Origin: a virus
Direction: 5' to 3' (one strand)
DNA: 64,000 nt
IMG/VR virus record: IMGVR_UViG_3300013014_000024
Span: 1-64,000 of that record
The first letter of the stretch is position 1, and each line of letters begins with the position of its first letter. The position numbers and the translations under genes were made by a program. Shown piece after piece: positions 9,102 through 19,967 of the stretch. The notes beneath the pieces were generated by a model that saw only the letters and a list, made by a program, of their open reading frames with translations, did not search any database and had not been told where the DNA came from.

Positions 9102-9980
9102 ATGGCGAAAATACTCACACTACAAGAATCTCAACTAATTAATATGGTAAAAACTATTGTTGAACAAGTTAATCAGGATTTGAGCAAATATGATGATAAT
9201 GATTTTACCGATTTATTTATTTTCTTATTTAGAAATTGGCTTGGAGATAAATTGGGTGAAGAAGTTAAGAAATATCCTTTTTCTTTTTTGTTAAAAAAGT
9301 TTGGTCAAGAGTTTTTGATACAAACTTTTGGTGATAAATATAGGAGATATTTTGGTGAAGTAGATGTTAATTTTAATAGATTTAGAATACCACATTATGG
9401 AAAATACTTGGCAGAAATTGGTGCATATACTCTTCCATCATTAAGAAGCGAAGAAAAGTTTACCGAACAATACAAAAGACATATTCCACGTTTAATTAAA
9501 CAATTGGAAATACCTAGTTGGGTTAGAGTTGAACTTAAAGAAGATGAACCATATGAGGTTGAAGTAAATTTGTATGTTGATTATCCTTCTTATTTAAAAA
9601 AGGACCCATCCTCCTTAAATTTAGACCAATATGGATTACAAAAAAAGTTAATACAGCTTTTTGAAGATTATTTGGGTATAGAATATGGTAACGTTGCTCA
9701 TGGAAAACTTAATCTTAGTCTTGATATATTATCTGAAAATGAAGAAGCTTGGATTAAAAACGTTTTAAACAAAGAAATCAAAAAACACATTAAGGCAATG
9801 CCTGACGGTAAGTATGTTCATTCAATCAGATTTGAACCAAAAGTTACTGGTAACTCTAATATGAAAATAATATATAAAGAAAACGCACACAGAGAAACTC
9901 ATTTATATGCGTTTAGAAATAAAGTTAGGGAATACCTTAAAGAGTTGGGATACACTAAAATAAATGTTGAGAACGCTTAA
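9102..9980 (+). CDS. leader-bearing hypothetical protein
   Basis: MAKILTLQESQLINMVKTIVE. Confidence 0.8.
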   Translation: MAKILTLQESQLINMVKTIVEQVNQDLSKYDDNDFTDLFIFLFRNWLGDKLGEEVKKYPFSFLLKKFGQEFLIQTFGDKYRRYFGEVDVNFNRFRIPHYGKYLAEIGAYTLPSLRSEEKFTEQYKRHIPRLIKQLEIPSWVRVELKEDEPYEVEVNLYVDYPSYLKKDPSSLNLDQYGLQKKLIQLFEDYLGIEYGNVAHGKLNLSLDILSENEEAWIKNVLNKEIKKHIKAMPDGKYVHSIRFEPKVTGNSNMKIIYKENAHRETHLYAFRNKVREYLKELGYTKINVENA

Positions 9981-9982
9981 TT

Positions 9983-10330
9983 ATGAAATACATTATATCA
10001 GAATCTCAGGTTAAAAACTTAATAAAAAAATATTTTAAGAAGGACCTTTCTAATAACATAGAAATGATAACTGATTACTGGGATTTACCTATTGAATTTA
10101 GACACATGATGAGTAAAAATGCTGGAAATCATTTTCTTAATATGTTTGGACCTATGTTTTTGATTAAAGCCGGTGGTAAAGAATATTTGGCTCAAGATAG
10201 GATTGAAAAATGGTTAATTGCGGACACGAGTGACGCTGAAATTAGTGAGGAAAAATTAATGAATCTTCTTGGAATTGATACATTAGGTTTATCCATGCAA
10301 GAACTTATTGATGCTTACATTGACGAGTAA
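9983..10330 (+). CDS. ISE-leader protein
   Basis: MKYIISESQ. Confidence 0.8.
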   Translation: MKYIISESQVKNLIKKYFKKDLSNNIEMITDYWDLPIEFRHMMSKNAGNHFLNMFGPMFLIKAGGKEYLAQDRIEKWLIADTSDAEISEEKLMNLLGIDTLGLSMQELIDAYIDE

Positions 10331-10357
10331 TTTTACTTGCAATCATATTTATATTTT

Positions 10358-10639
10358 ATGAGATATATTATATCCGAATCTAGATTGAGTACCATAATGG
10401 TTAAATTTCTTGATGACTACCTTTCAAAATATGAAGTCATAGAGGCAAAGGACATCCTCAGTTGGGGTACAGGTCAGGACAATCAAATGGTATATGATAA
10501 GGATAATGAATTACTGTTTGTTCGTGAATCTTTATATCAATTAATAAGAGATGTTTTTGGTGTGGAACATCACGACTACGTTGAATTCATTAAATCTTAT
10601 ATGGCCAATATGGGATATTTTGTTAAAAGAATTGTTTAA
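10358..10639 (+). CDS. ISE-leader protein
   Basis: MRYIISESR. Confidence 0.8.
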   Translation: MRYIISESRLSTIMVKFLDDYLSKYEVIEAKDILSWGTGQDNQMVYDKDNELLFVRESLYQLIRDVFGVEHHDYVEFIKSYMANMGYFVKRIV

Positions 10640-10640
10640 T

Positions 10641-10928
10641 ATGGAATACACAATATCAGAAGAACGATTAACAAAATTGATTATGAAAATAATTAAACCC
10701 ATGGAAATTGAGGGTCTTTACAGAGTACAAATTAATTTTACAAAAAAATCAACTGACCACATTGTTGTTGCCCTTTTCTTTGATATTGTTAGGGACTCTG
10801 GTTTTTTCAAAAAAATAGATAATGATGTTACTAATAGACTTGAGGATTTATTGGGTATAGACCCATTAGTAGTAACAATTCCTTATAGTGAAGATAAATA
10901 CCATTTAAATGAACCTAGAAATATATAG
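10641..10928 (+). CDS. ISE-leader protein
   Basis: MEYTISEERL. Confidence 0.75.
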   Translation: MEYTISEERLTKLIMKIIKPMEIEGLYRVQINFTKKSTDHIVVALFFDIVRDSGFFKKIDNDVTNRLEDLLGIDPLVVTIPYSEDKYHLNEPRNI

Positions 10929-10930
10929 TA

Positions 10931-11185
10931 ATGGATACTACTCAAATAAAAAATCAATTTAGTAAATACATAAGAAAAATAATATTACCAAAATATGAAG
11001 ATATTATTGATTTTGAAATTATCATCAAAGATGATTTTGGTGATAAACTTTTTGTTGACTTTATTTTTCAAATGGACGGAACTGAATATGAAATAGAACA
11101 GGAAATTATTGAAGATTTTCACACTATGATAGATTTATTTGGTATGGATAAAATAAACTATGGATTTAAATTTGATACCTTATGA
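10931..11185 (+). CDS. hypothetical protein
   Basis: Coupled ORF. Confidence 0.7.
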   Translation: MDTTQIKNQFSKYIRKIILPKYEDIIDFEIIIKDDFGDKLFVDFIFQMDGTEYEIEQEIIEDFHTMIDLFGMDKINYGFKFDTL

Positions 11186-11505
11186 AAGATAAAAAAACAG
11201 CCGCTGACTCAGTAAAGAAATTTATATCTGTATTTTATAAAGATATGAATATTGAAGAGATTAGTGTTGCCTATAACATGTATAATCTTCCATATATCAT
11301 TGTTTGGTATAATCAGGAAGACCCAAACGTTAGAAATGATAGTAGAGTGTTCAGAGAAACTATAATTAAAGATATTAACGACTATTTGGGTTATAAATTA
11401 TCTCCTGACCCACCCTCAACTATGGGTATTCCACCTTTTATGCTAAAAAAGTATGAAAATTCAGATTTTTACATTGATGTTCGGTCAAATAATGTTGCTT
11501 ATTAA
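11182..11505 (+). CDS. hypothetical protein
   Basis: ATGA overlap with previous gene. Confidence 0.7.
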   Translation: MKDKKTAADSVKKFISVFYKDMNIEEISVAYNMYNLPYIIVWYNQEDPNVRNDSRVFRETIIKDINDYLGYKLSPDPPSTMGIPPFMLKKYENSDFYIDVRSNNVAY

Positions 11506-11549
11506 AAATTTTAACTAAACAAAATGTATTTATATGTAAACAATACATT

Positions 11550-11885
11550 ATGAAAAAGTTATTCGCATTTTTGAAATCATTATTTAGTAAAATTGATGTT
11601 TTAGAAGAAAAGGCAAATAAATTTGTTGATGAGACAACATTATTATCTGCCGAACAAAAAAAGAAAGCTAAAAAAACATTAAGCGACATTGATAAGATTG
11701 AAGAAAATCTTGAAGATGTAGTTGAGACAGCTGAAATTGCCGCAGATAAAGTTATTGATGTTGTAGAACATAAAAACATTGGAGCGGTTGGAGAAGCAAT
11801 AAACTCAGTTAAAGATGTTATTGCCGAAGCAAAAGATGTTCAACAAGACGCTCAGGATGTTGCCGATTTAGTAAAAAAAAAATAA
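11550..11885 (+). CDS. helical hypothetical protein
   Basis: ORF with RTATTTAT upstream. Confidence 0.75.
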   Translation: MKKLFAFLKSLFSKIDVLEEKANKFVDETTLLSAEQKKKAKKTLSDIDKIEENLEDVVETAEIAADKVIDVVEHKNIGAVGEAINSVKDVIAEAKDVQQDAQDVADLVKKK

Positions 11886-11964
11886 AATACTCTGCACGTA
11901 ATTAAAAAAAATGAATATCATAAGGTATTCATTTTTTTTTTATATTTGCATAACATTACATAAT

Positions 11965-12156
11965 ATGAATTTAACAAATGAACAAAGGGCTCTTATATAC
12001 AATGAAGGTATTAGGAGATATAATTTAATTGAAGAACAGATTAGAGAAATAAAAAGTAAATCTTTTGAAGTTTCAGAAGAGGACCAAAAGATTATTGAAC
12101 AATTGAAAGTCAAAATGAATATTATCTTTAACCAAACACAAAAACTACATCAATAA
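11965..12156 (+). CDS. small coiled-coil protein
   Basis: ORF after TATATTTG. Confidence 0.65.
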   Translation: MNLTNEQRALIYNEGIRRYNLIEEQIREIKSKSFEVSEEDQKIIEQLKVKMNIIFNQTQKLHQ

Positions 12157-12162
12157 TTTATT

Positions 12163-12390
12163 ATGAGTATTTTTAAAAAAATTGATACTTTACAAAAAGT
12201 TCCATGTAAAAAATGTAATTTTTGTTTTAAGATGAGATTAGTTGAAATGGGATTTATTTCTGAAGAAAAAATAGAAGTTACTGACTATAAATTTGGATTA
12301 TGGACTGTAAATATTCTATCTGAAATAGGTGAAAAAATATCAACATTTGCCATCAGAAAAGAAGAAATGAATAATACTTGTATTTTGTGA
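12163..12390 (+). CDS. FeoA-domain protein
   Basis: RLVEMGF...IEV...FAIRKEE FeoA pattern. Confidence 0.65.
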   Translation: MSIFKKIDTLQKVPCKKCNFCFKMRLVEMGFISEEKIEVTDYKFGLWTVNILSEIGEKISTFAIRKEEMNNTCIL

Positions 12391-12419
12391 TTTTTACTAT
12401 TATATTTAAAAAAAAAATT

Positions 12420-12851
12420 ATGAGCAGAGTAAAAATTTCAACAGAAAAAGGGGATATGATTGCAGAATTATATGACAATGAAACCCCAATCACAGTAAAA
12501 AACTTTTTAGACCTTATTGGTAAAAAATTCTATGATGGATTGAACTTTCATAGGGTTATTCCTGGATTTGTTGCTCAAGGAGGGTGTCCAAATGGGATTG
12601 GTAATGGTGGACCTGGTTATACTATTGAGTGTGAGGTATCATCACCAAAGCAATTCCACGATAAAGGTGTTCTTTCTATGGCACATGCAGGTAGAAACAC
12701 AGGTGGTTCACAATTCTTTATTTGCCACAGTAGACAAAACACACAACATCTTGATGGAAATCATACTTGTTTTGGTAGAATAGTTGATGGTTTAGAAATA
12801 ATAGACCAAATACAACAAGGAAATAAAATAAATTCAATAGAATTAATTTAA
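12420..12851 (+). CDS. cyclophilin-type peptidyl-prolyl isomerase
   Basis: FYDGLNFHRVIPGFVAQGG, LSMAHAG, GSQFFI. Confidence 0.95.
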   Translation: MSRVKISTEKGDMIAELYDNETPITVKNFLDLIGKKFYDGLNFHRVIPGFVAQGGCPNGIGNGGPGYTIECEVSSPKQFHDKGVLSMAHAGRNTGGSQFFICHSRQNTQHLDGNHTCFGRIVDGLEIIDQIQQGNKINSIELI

Positions 12852-12895
12852 TGTTAAACTCCTTATTTACGTAAGGGGTTTAATATTTATAAGAT

Positions 12896-13435
12896 ATGAA
12901 AAAAAAATTATTAATAATTACAGGAATAATACTTTCAATATTTTTGATTGGAGCACTTTATTTAACGGTATCTGCGGAGGAAGATTATGGGTATTTTAAT
13001 CAAGTTGAATTATTTGAATCAAATGGTAATACAATTACAAACAACAGATTGCCTTCATATTATGACACAATATTGAGTGTTGGATTGTCATCACAAGGTA
13101 TCATGGGCTCATATGTTGTTATTGACAAATTAAGTGATGAAGCTAAAGAACAATTTAATGGTGAATTAAAAGCTCATGTTCGTTTTTTTGATGGAGTGTA
13201 TTATTTATACATTGACGAAATGAGTAGGGGCGAGGCGATTAAAGTAATTTCACATGAAATTATTCACATATATCAGTATAACTCAGGACAATTGTTTTAT
13301 GAAAATGGTGAAATAACTTGGAATTTAAAAAAATATGATTTGTCTTCCCTTGATTATGATAATAGGCCTTGGGAAAAAGAAGCCTTTGACAACGAAGATA
13401 TGTTATCAAAAAAAATATTTGAAACTCTTTATTAA
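12896..13435 (+). CDS. membrane-anchored HExxH metallopeptidase-like protein
   Basis: N-terminal TM; SHEIIHIYQ...PWEKEA. Confidence 0.75.
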   Translation: MKKKLLIITGIILSIFLIGALYLTVSAEEDYGYFNQVELFESNGNTITNNRLPSYYDTILSVGLSSQGIMGSYVVIDKLSDEAKEQFNGELKAHVRFFDGVYYLYIDEMSRGEAIKVISHEIIHIYQYNSGQLFYENGEITWNLKKYDLSSLDYDNRPWEKEAFDNEDMLSKKIFETLY

Positions 13436-13461
13436 AAGAAAACCACCTTACGGTGGTTTTT

Positions 13462-14643
13462 TTATTTTACTTTGAATTTAATTTCTGTTGTTAAGTTCTT
13501 ATCTGTGTTATTAACTTTGTGGTATAAATCCCAATCTTTAATTGATTTGTTTTCTGATTTTGTCATGTCATAAAGTTTTGATATTTTTTTAATCATGTTA
13601 TTTGCAACAAATTTAAATAATTTTTCTTCATTTTTAAAAAAATATTTAGTATTATTAAATTTTTGTATTTTTCTGAGAAATTTTTGAAAGTGTTCTCCCT
13701 TTTTACCCTGCAAACCAAGCATTTTTTCTATAATGTTTGAAGTCATTAGGTTAACATAAGACTGAGCTTTATTATTAATTAAGTTAACATAAACTATTCT
13801 TAATATCTCATCTATTTTTTCTTCATCATTTGAACCCATATTATGGTTCATTTTTTTTCCGATTTTATCTATGTTAGGAATAAAGTCCTTTAATTCCTTT
13901 CTTAGTTTTTCATATGAAAAATTTTTGGCTTCGTCTAACATTTTATATGTTTCATTATCTTTCAAGAAATTTAAAAAATTTTTTTGACTAACCTTACCTG
14001 ATTTAATTGCCATTGCAATTTCAGTTGGTCTAACCACATTTTCTGTCGCATGTGTAAAATATAAAAAATGTAAAAATTTATCTATTGGTTCAATTCCAAA
14101 AGATATACTTTGTGCAGCTTGATATGTTGCTCTTTCAGATGCGTCATCATATCCGGATTTATGAGAATCATACGCATGCATTAATTCATGAGATAGAGAA
14201 TTAAGAATATCCAATTTATCTTTCTTAATTAGATTAACCAATTCTTCAAATTTCCAATTCTGTGGAACTAAAAATTTAAATTTAATTATAAATTCATCAA
14301 ATGAAGTAACAATTGTTAACTTTTCACTATCATTATAAGAAGTACTTTCAAATGGAGTTGCAAATCCCAATATCACGTAATCTTTTTTGGAGGTGTTATT
14401 CCACTTATTTATTTCAAAATAAACTTTTACAGAATCTATATCCAAATCACTTATCTTGTAATTTACATTAAAATCAAATTCATATTCTTTTTCATTTTCG
14501 TCAAAAGTATTTTGGTCTAATTCTCTAATTATATCATCATATAACTTTTCGGCCGTTTCCAATATTCCTTCAGGAACTCCTAATCTTTCTAGTAAAACTT
14601 TTTTAATAGATAATCTTAATTCTGATTCTTTTAATATTTTCAT
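13462..14643 (-). CDS. leader-bearing HExxH metallopeptidase-like protein
   Basis: MKILKESELR..VLLE; SHELMHAYD. Confidence 0.7.
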   Translation of the reverse strand: MKILKESELRLSIKKVLLERLGVPEGILETAEKLYDDIIRELDQNTFDENEKEYEFDFNVNYKISDLDIDSVKVYFEINKWNNTSKKDYVILGFATPFESTSYNDSEKLTIVTSFDEFIIKFKFLVPQNWKFEELVNLIKKDKLDILNSLSHELMHAYDSHKSGYDDASERATYQAAQSISFGIEPIDKFLHFLYFTHATENVVRPTEIAMAIKSGKVSQKNFLNFLKDNETYKMLDEAKNFSYEKLRKELKDFIPNIDKIGKKMNHNMGSNDEEKIDEILRIVYVNLINNKAQSYVNLMTSNIIEKMLGLQGKKGEHFQKFLRKIQKFNNTKYFFKNEEKLFKFVANNMIKKISKLYDMTKSENKSIKDWDLYHKVNNTDKNLTTEIKFKVK

Positions 14644-15278
14644 TATAAACTTAATTTTAACTTGATTAATTTTTTAAATTCTACCTGACTAACTTCATTA
14701 TTTAACATACCATCAGGTTTTGATTGGTCGTTATTGAAAATATAGTAATAATATTTCTTTTGATTTTTTATGTAAATAACTTTCCAACATTTCTCAGGTA
14801 TTGATAACTTGCCTATTTTTTTAACTTCCCCAATATTACCACACCAAACTCTAATTGAATCATATTTCAATGCAGATTCTCTTGTAAACGTCTCCAATGA
14901 TTTCCAATCACCGGCGTTTAATGAATGATATTGTGGTGACATATTAGAAAAATAAAAACATTCGTTCATTACCAATTCTCCGTCACATAAATTGTCCGCC
15001 GCTGGTGACATATGTCCTCTATCAAGTCCACTTCCTTTATAATACATAGCCAAATCAGTTTCTTTTGGTAATAAAGGGTCAGGAACAAATCTGTCATTTC
15101 TTTTTAATGGAGTTGGACAGGAAACTTGTTTTTTTGTAACCCACCATTGTACTAATACTGGATACGCTTTAGATTTTGAGTAAATTGTCGTAAACTTATT
15201 ATGTGTTAATCTAACAGTGTCTTGACTAAATGATAAAAAAGTCAATAATAATAACGGAATAATAATTATTTTTTTCAT
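14643..15278 (-). CDS. secreted DNA/RNA non-specific endonuclease (NucA/EndA-like)
   Basis: Signal peptide; DRGH, FSNMSPQ, LN.G.W..LE. Confidence 0.9.
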   Translation of the reverse strand: MKKIIIIPLLLLTFLSFSQDTVRLTHNKFTTIYSKSKAYPVLVQWWVTKKQVSCPTPLKRNDRFVPDPLLPKETDLAMYYKGSGLDRGHMSPAADNLCDGELVMNECFYFSNMSPQYHSLNAGDWKSLETFTRESALKYDSIRVWCGNIGEVKKIGKLSIPEKCWKVIYIKNQKKYYYYIFNNDQSKPDGMLNNEVSQVEFKKLIKLKLSL

Positions 15279-15315
15279 AATAATAATTATTTAATTAGAT
15301 AGAATATTTATGTAT

Positions 15316-15819
15316 ATGAACAGGAGATTTATATTAACAGAAGAAGAAAAAACAAGTATTAGAAATCAATATTTTTTTGAACAATCAGAATCATCTAAAA
15401 AAGAAGAAAGGTTATTCTGTCACAAAGGAAATACAAAGAGTTTAGACGAAATTGTTGGTGGAGATGATGTAGAGGATTATATTGAAGGTGTACAACTTAG
15501 AAAGTCGGGAATTAACGCACTTACAGACGTTCTTGAGCTATTAAAAACAGCAAGATTACATCCTAAAATTACTGATGGTGGTGAAGATTTGGCGTTTAAA
15601 CTTGTTAACAATCTTAAATCATATAAGCCTTACAATTATTTTGACGAAACAAAGAAAGAATGTAATAAATCAATGGATAAAATTATTGAACTTTACAAAG
15701 AAAACAAACACGGTGAAGAACTTGTTAAAGATATTGAAAAAGTTTTTGAAATGGACCACGTATCAAACAGAGCCAAAGAATATATCAAACACGGCTTGGC
15801 AATGATTAAAGGCCAGTAA
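15316..15819 (+). CDS. LTE-leader protein
   Basis: MNRRFILTEEEK. Confidence 0.8.
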   Translation: MNRRFILTEEEKTSIRNQYFFEQSESSKKEERLFCHKGNTKSLDEIVGGDDVEDYIEGVQLRKSGINALTDVLELLKTARLHPKITDGGEDLAFKLVNNLKSYKPYNYFDETKKECNKSMDKIIELYKENKHGEELVKDIEKVFEMDHVSNRAKEYIKHGLAMIKGQ

Positions 15820-15897
15820 TTGAATTTGTCTCATTTATTTTATAATATTAATGTCCCATATGGGACATTTTTTTTTAATAACTATTATATATAAATC

Positions 15898-16149
15898 ATG
15901 TCAAAAAATAAGGAATCAATAATAAAATTTGTGAAAAAAATATGTAAAAAGTATTATCCTAATTTAATATTAATAAATGAAATTGAATGTGGTGAAAAAA
16001 GTAGATTTCACAATTCAACAAGTTCTTGGATTACAGATTACTATTATATTTTTATTTGCGTTAAACATACTTTGGAATATAATATTTCTGATATTGAATA
16101 TTTTATTGAGTCTATGATGGGTTCGGAAGTTATAATAACGGAAATATAA
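15898..16149 (+). CDS. hypothetical protein
   Basis: ORF. Confidence 0.6.
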   Translation: MSKNKESIIKFVKKICKKYYPNLILINEIECGEKSRFHNSTSSWITDYYYIFICVKHTLEYNISDIEYFIESMMGSEVIITEI

Positions 16150-16198
16150 TTAATCAAAGATTTTTTATTAGAATGAGGTATTTATAATAAAATTGTTA

Positions 16199-16507
16199 AT
16201 GGATAATTCATCAATATGGGCAGTAATGATTACAGCAATTACCGTTTTAGGCTCCACAAGCGGATGGAGATATTGGGAAAAAAGAGCAATGAGAAAAGAA
16301 AAGGATGAAGATTTTATGAAGAACGATTGCAGAGATAGAATCATAAAACTTGAAACCTTATTATCAGACGGTAGTAAAGAAAAAGATGAAATGAGACAAT
16401 TAATATTACAATTAACTGAAAAAGTTGCCGCATTATCAGTTAAAGTTGAATTCTTGCAAAAAGAAAATAATGAATTGCATAGTAGAATAAATTCCGGAGC
16501 AATATAA
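16199..16507 (+). CDS. TM + coiled-coil protein (holin-like)
   Basis: One N-terminal TM then coiled coil. Confidence 0.6.
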   Translation: MDNSSIWAVMITAITVLGSTSGWRYWEKRAMRKEKDEDFMKNDCRDRIIKLETLLSDGSKEKDEMRQLILQLTEKVAALSVKVEFLQKENNELHSRINSGAI

Positions 16508-16510
16508 ATT

Positions 16511-17554
16511 ATGAAGAAAGTAATAAAACTGACTGAGGAAGATTTAAAAAAAATTGTTAAAAAAGTTTTGAATGAGCAATCTAAGTTTCTCATACCCACA
16601 TATTCACCTTTAAACCCAAATGCAAATAAAGAAAATATTAACCCAAAAAACTTGAAACTAGGTGACGGAGGAAGAAATAATCCAAAACAAATTAATGATG
16701 TAAAAGAATTACAGTCAAAATTATTTAAATTAGGATTTTTAAAAACTAAATCGATGACCCCAACAGGGTATTTTGGTACTCTAACAAAAGCAGCATTAAA
16801 AAGATACGAAAGTAAGAATTCACTAAAAGTTGAACCTAAACAAGAAAAATATACATGTGTTGGAATTTCAAAAGAAGAATGTTCAAAAATAAATTCTAAA
16901 CAAGACACAATAATTAGCACTGGTGACGATAAAAGGTGTGCTGCGTATATGATAAAATGTTTATCAACATACAATGAAGAATTGGTTAAGCGTAAATCAA
17001 ATGCATGGTTTGCTTTTCAAAATATGAAAGCTAAAGGTGTTGAAAAATACAACATGTTTGGAACTGATGATATTAAATGGAATGAAATTTATACCAATTT
17101 AGTTAAAAACAAAGTAAGTCCTCAGATATGTGATTGTTATAAAGATGACCACATGGATGGAAAATGCAAAGGAAATATTCCTCAAATAGTTACAAATAGT
17201 TATCCACAAAGAACTTCATTTAATTATAAAAATTTACAGCTTGGAGATATTGTAGGGATGTATTATAATGCATCAACAAATAAAGGGCAAGCATTCTGTC
17301 AGAGAATTAAATTACAAGGTTTACAGAACGACGGTAATGTGAAAGTGAAAGGTAAATTCACTTTTAACACTCATGTTGGGTTTGTCACAGCAATTAAGGA
17401 TGGTATGCCGATAATATTACACAACATTGGCAACGAAACCCAAGGTTTACATCATGCAACCCCGGCTAATAAATTATTAAGTAAAAATGATGCTATGATA
17501 GTTTGGGTTGTGTCTGATAATGAAGTGTCAAAAAATATTAACTCTACTAAATGA
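16511..17554 (+). CDS. LTE-leader protein with peptidoglycan-binding and CHAP/NlpC-like domain
   Basis: VKELQ..L...G.FG..T..AL; CAAY...GDIV...HVGFV. Confidence 0.7.
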   Translation: MKKVIKLTEEDLKKIVKKVLNEQSKFLIPTYSPLNPNANKENINPKNLKLGDGGRNNPKQINDVKELQSKLFKLGFLKTKSMTPTGYFGTLTKAALKRYESKNSLKVEPKQEKYTCVGISKEECSKINSKQDTIISTGDDKRCAAYMIKCLSTYNEELVKRKSNAWFAFQNMKAKGVEKYNMFGTDDIKWNEIYTNLVKNKVSPQICDCYKDDHMDGKCKGNIPQIVTNSYPQRTSFNYKNLQLGDIVGMYYNASTNKGQAFCQRIKLQGLQNDGNVKVKGKFTFNTHVGFVTAIKDGMPIILHNIGNETQGLHHATPANKLLSKNDAMIVWVVSDNEVSKNINSTK

Positions 17555-18555
17555 AAAGAATTATAAAGTTAACAGAGGAGGATTTAGGTGAAATAATTAA
17601 AAGAATTTTATCTGAACAACCTGACGAAAAAATGCCAGGACATATAGAAAGATTTGGGTACAAGTCCAATAACCCAAAAAGTATTGGCCCTGCAATCGAA
17701 GCTCAAGATAAATACTTTAAAGAAATAAATACTGGTGTTAATAATTTCATTAAAAGTTTTGGTATTATAAGTTGCGTACCATATACAATGGTTCCACTAG
17801 TTGTTTATGTGATGATAAATAAAAAATACATAATTTCAAAATTAGGAATTACTGAAAAAGAATTAATAATGTTTTTAAAAGCATCTATTGGAATTATCGG
17901 TAGGGAATCTAATTTTACCAAATTTATTAGTTTTAGTAAAGGTCAGTTTGAAATCACCCCAAGGTATTTTAAAAAAAATGTGTACAATTTTTTAAACAGA
18001 TATGAATGGGCAAGAAAACACAAGTTGGGTGGTAGAACAGGTAGTTATGGTCCGGCACAAATACGTTTATCAACATGGAATAATCTTAATATGGAAAAAT
18101 TGTTCAACATAAATGGAGACCAAATATATACTGTAATTGGCGCCGGAATGGGGGCAATAGTTAATCTAGTAAATAATTATAAATTAGCAAAAACGGTAGG
18201 ATATTCATCATCAAAAGCAACAAACACTCCTGGAACAGGTAACGGGGCGTTAGATATTTCAATAGCCGCACATAATATCGGAAAACCAATTAAATGGTGT
18301 AAAACAAATGATAAAAATTATGCAGCACCATGTAATGCAAAAGACCATAAATATTTACCATACCCTAAGAAACAACCAAATTTAATTTTAACGGTATTAC
18401 CTCAAGAAATACCAAACTATATTCCGAACAAAATGACTGAAAAGTATAAAGGAGAATATGAGGGAGTCCCATTAACTACTCACAATTATGTTAAAGAAGT
18501 CGCAGGGTATATGTCAAATTATGAATGTTTAAATGGTATTGAAAAAATCAATTAA
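17551..18555 (+). CDS. LTE-leader protein with lytic transglycosylase-like domain
   Basis: GRESNF...SYGPAQI...AAHNIG. Confidence 0.65.
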   Translation: MKRIIKLTEEDLGEIIKRILSEQPDEKMPGHIERFGYKSNNPKSIGPAIEAQDKYFKEINTGVNNFIKSFGIISCVPYTMVPLVVYVMINKKYIISKLGITEKELIMFLKASIGIIGRESNFTKFISFSKGQFEITPRYFKKNVYNFLNRYEWARKHKLGGRTGSYGPAQIRLSTWNNLNMEKLFNINGDQIYTVIGAGMGAIVNLVNNYKLAKTVGYSSSKATNTPGTGNGALDISIAAHNIGKPIKWCKTNDKNYAAPCNAKDHKYLPYPKKQPNLILTVLPQEIPNYIPNKMTEKYKGEYEGVPLTTHNYVKEVAGYMSNYECLNGIEKIN

Positions 18556-19276
18556 ATTTTCCTGTTATATATGTAAATGGCTTATGTATTTTTAGTCTTT
18601 TTTTATCTATGTCAGATACCGAATGATAACAATGAGTATAATTACCATCTTTAACTAAAACCTCAATAGAAGACCCCCCATCAAATATAAGGGCATCTAT
18701 CATCCCTTCAGACTTACCCATGATAGAAATATCTTTAATACTAACTAAACCATTTCTTCCTGAATGTATTAATATTAAATTACCATCTTTGTCTTTACCT
18801 AATAAAGTTCTGTATGTTTTCCATTTAGAAAGTCTTGATTTAAAAATTGATTCGTTTAAAACACCATTCTTTATTCCTATGTATTTTGTTTGAGTAGAGT
18901 ATAAAGACGAAGGTCTACTATATAAAGTTATTGTTGGGTTACCTCCGTTTGAAGTAAAATATCCTCCCATCTTTACTTTTTTATTTATTAATTTCCCATT
19001 AACTAAAACTTCTCCAATTGGGGATTGATTTGTGAAAAAATTAGAATTTAGATAAAAATCAACATTTTCGTCATTTTTACTATCTACTTTATAGCTCATT
19101 TTATTTTTGAAAATTTTTACAATAAAAATATCTCCGGTTCCAAAAGATATTTTTTTTACAGTACATCTTTTAGAAGTGTGTAAAAAATCATTCTTAATTG
19201 ATTTATCAGATGAATTTGCAAAAATTCCTACAAATAAAATAAATGTTAAAATGAATAACGATATTTTTGTTTTCAT
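18548..19276 (-). CDS. phosphodiester glycosidase (NAGPA-like) family protein
   Basis: Signal peptide; NSNFF, RT.LG, ALIFDGGSS. Confidence 0.75.
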   Translation of the reverse strand: MKTKISLFILTFILFVGIFANSSDKSIKNDFLHTSKRCTVKKISFGTGDIFIVKIFKNKMSYKVDSKNDENVDFYLNSNFFTNQSPIGEVLVNGKLINKKVKMGGYFTSNGGNPTITLYSRPSSLYSTQTKYIGIKNGVLNESIFKSRLSKWKTYRTLLGKDKDGNLILIHSGRNGLVSIKDISIMGKSEGMIDALIFDGGSSIEVLVKDGNYTHCYHSVSDIDKKRLKIHKPFTYITGKFN

Positions 19277-19316
19277 GATGCAAATATATGAAAACAAATT
19301 TAAATTAGAAAAAAAA

Positions 19317-19604
19317 TTAAACATCCCATCTTACCATACACTTAATAGATGCTTCAGGAAAAATGAGATATACGATGTCTTGGATTAGGTAATCAGCTAA
19401 AGACCTATCCAAGACTTCTTCATTTATGGAATCTCCCAAAATAATCACAGACTCAACCAATATAGAATTAGTCGTTATAGACGGATTTAAGGTATGTATT
19501 TTGATTTTAGAACCTTTACCATACATCAACTCCACTTCCTCCTTTTTAAGGACGTTAAGGTACTTCTCAATGATGTTTATATACCTTTGTTTTGGAGTTT
19601 TCAT
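19317..19604 (-). CDS. hypothetical protein
   Basis: ORF. Confidence 0.65.
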   Translation of the reverse strand: MKTPKQRYINIIEKYLNVLKKEEVELMYGKGSKIKIHTLNPSITTNSILVESVIILGDSINEEVLDRSLADYLIQDIVYLIFPEASIKCMVRWDV

Positions 19605-19676
19605 ATTGAAATATAATAAAATACTAATTTATTTCATATATACCTTTTGAAGATAAATATTGATATATTTATTTAT

Positions 19677-19967
19677 ATGATATTATCAGAGCAAGAAAAA
19701 GAAGATATTCGTAAGAAATATGAAGGAAATTATTCAAATGAAATTTTAATTCATTTGAGGAGGAATTACCCTGTTTATGAATTCAATATGAAATTTATGG
19801 ACTCTCCAGTCAAACAGATTTTAGTGGATGACAAATTGTATATGCTTTCTCAAAATAAGAAGTATTTGGTTAATAAAATATCTTCCGTATTAGAAGATAC
19901 ATTCACATCAGTAGAAAAACCTATCTTAAGAAGAACGGTAAAATTTTATTTAGATATGTTAAGATAA
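19677..19967 (+). CDS. LSE-leader protein
   Basis: MILSEQEKEDIRKKY. Confidence 0.75.
   Translation: MILSEQEKEDIRKKYEGNYSNEILIHLRRNYPVYEFNMKFMDSPVKQILVDDKLYMLSQNKKYLVNKISSVLEDTFTSVEKPILRRTVKFYLDMLR

Noticed and set aside
16168-16974. Long antisense ORF and other shadow ORFs (11438, 20850, 27555, 35064, 43431, 48800, 55695, 57150)
   Set aside because: They lie opposite well-supported genes or tRNAs and have no motifs
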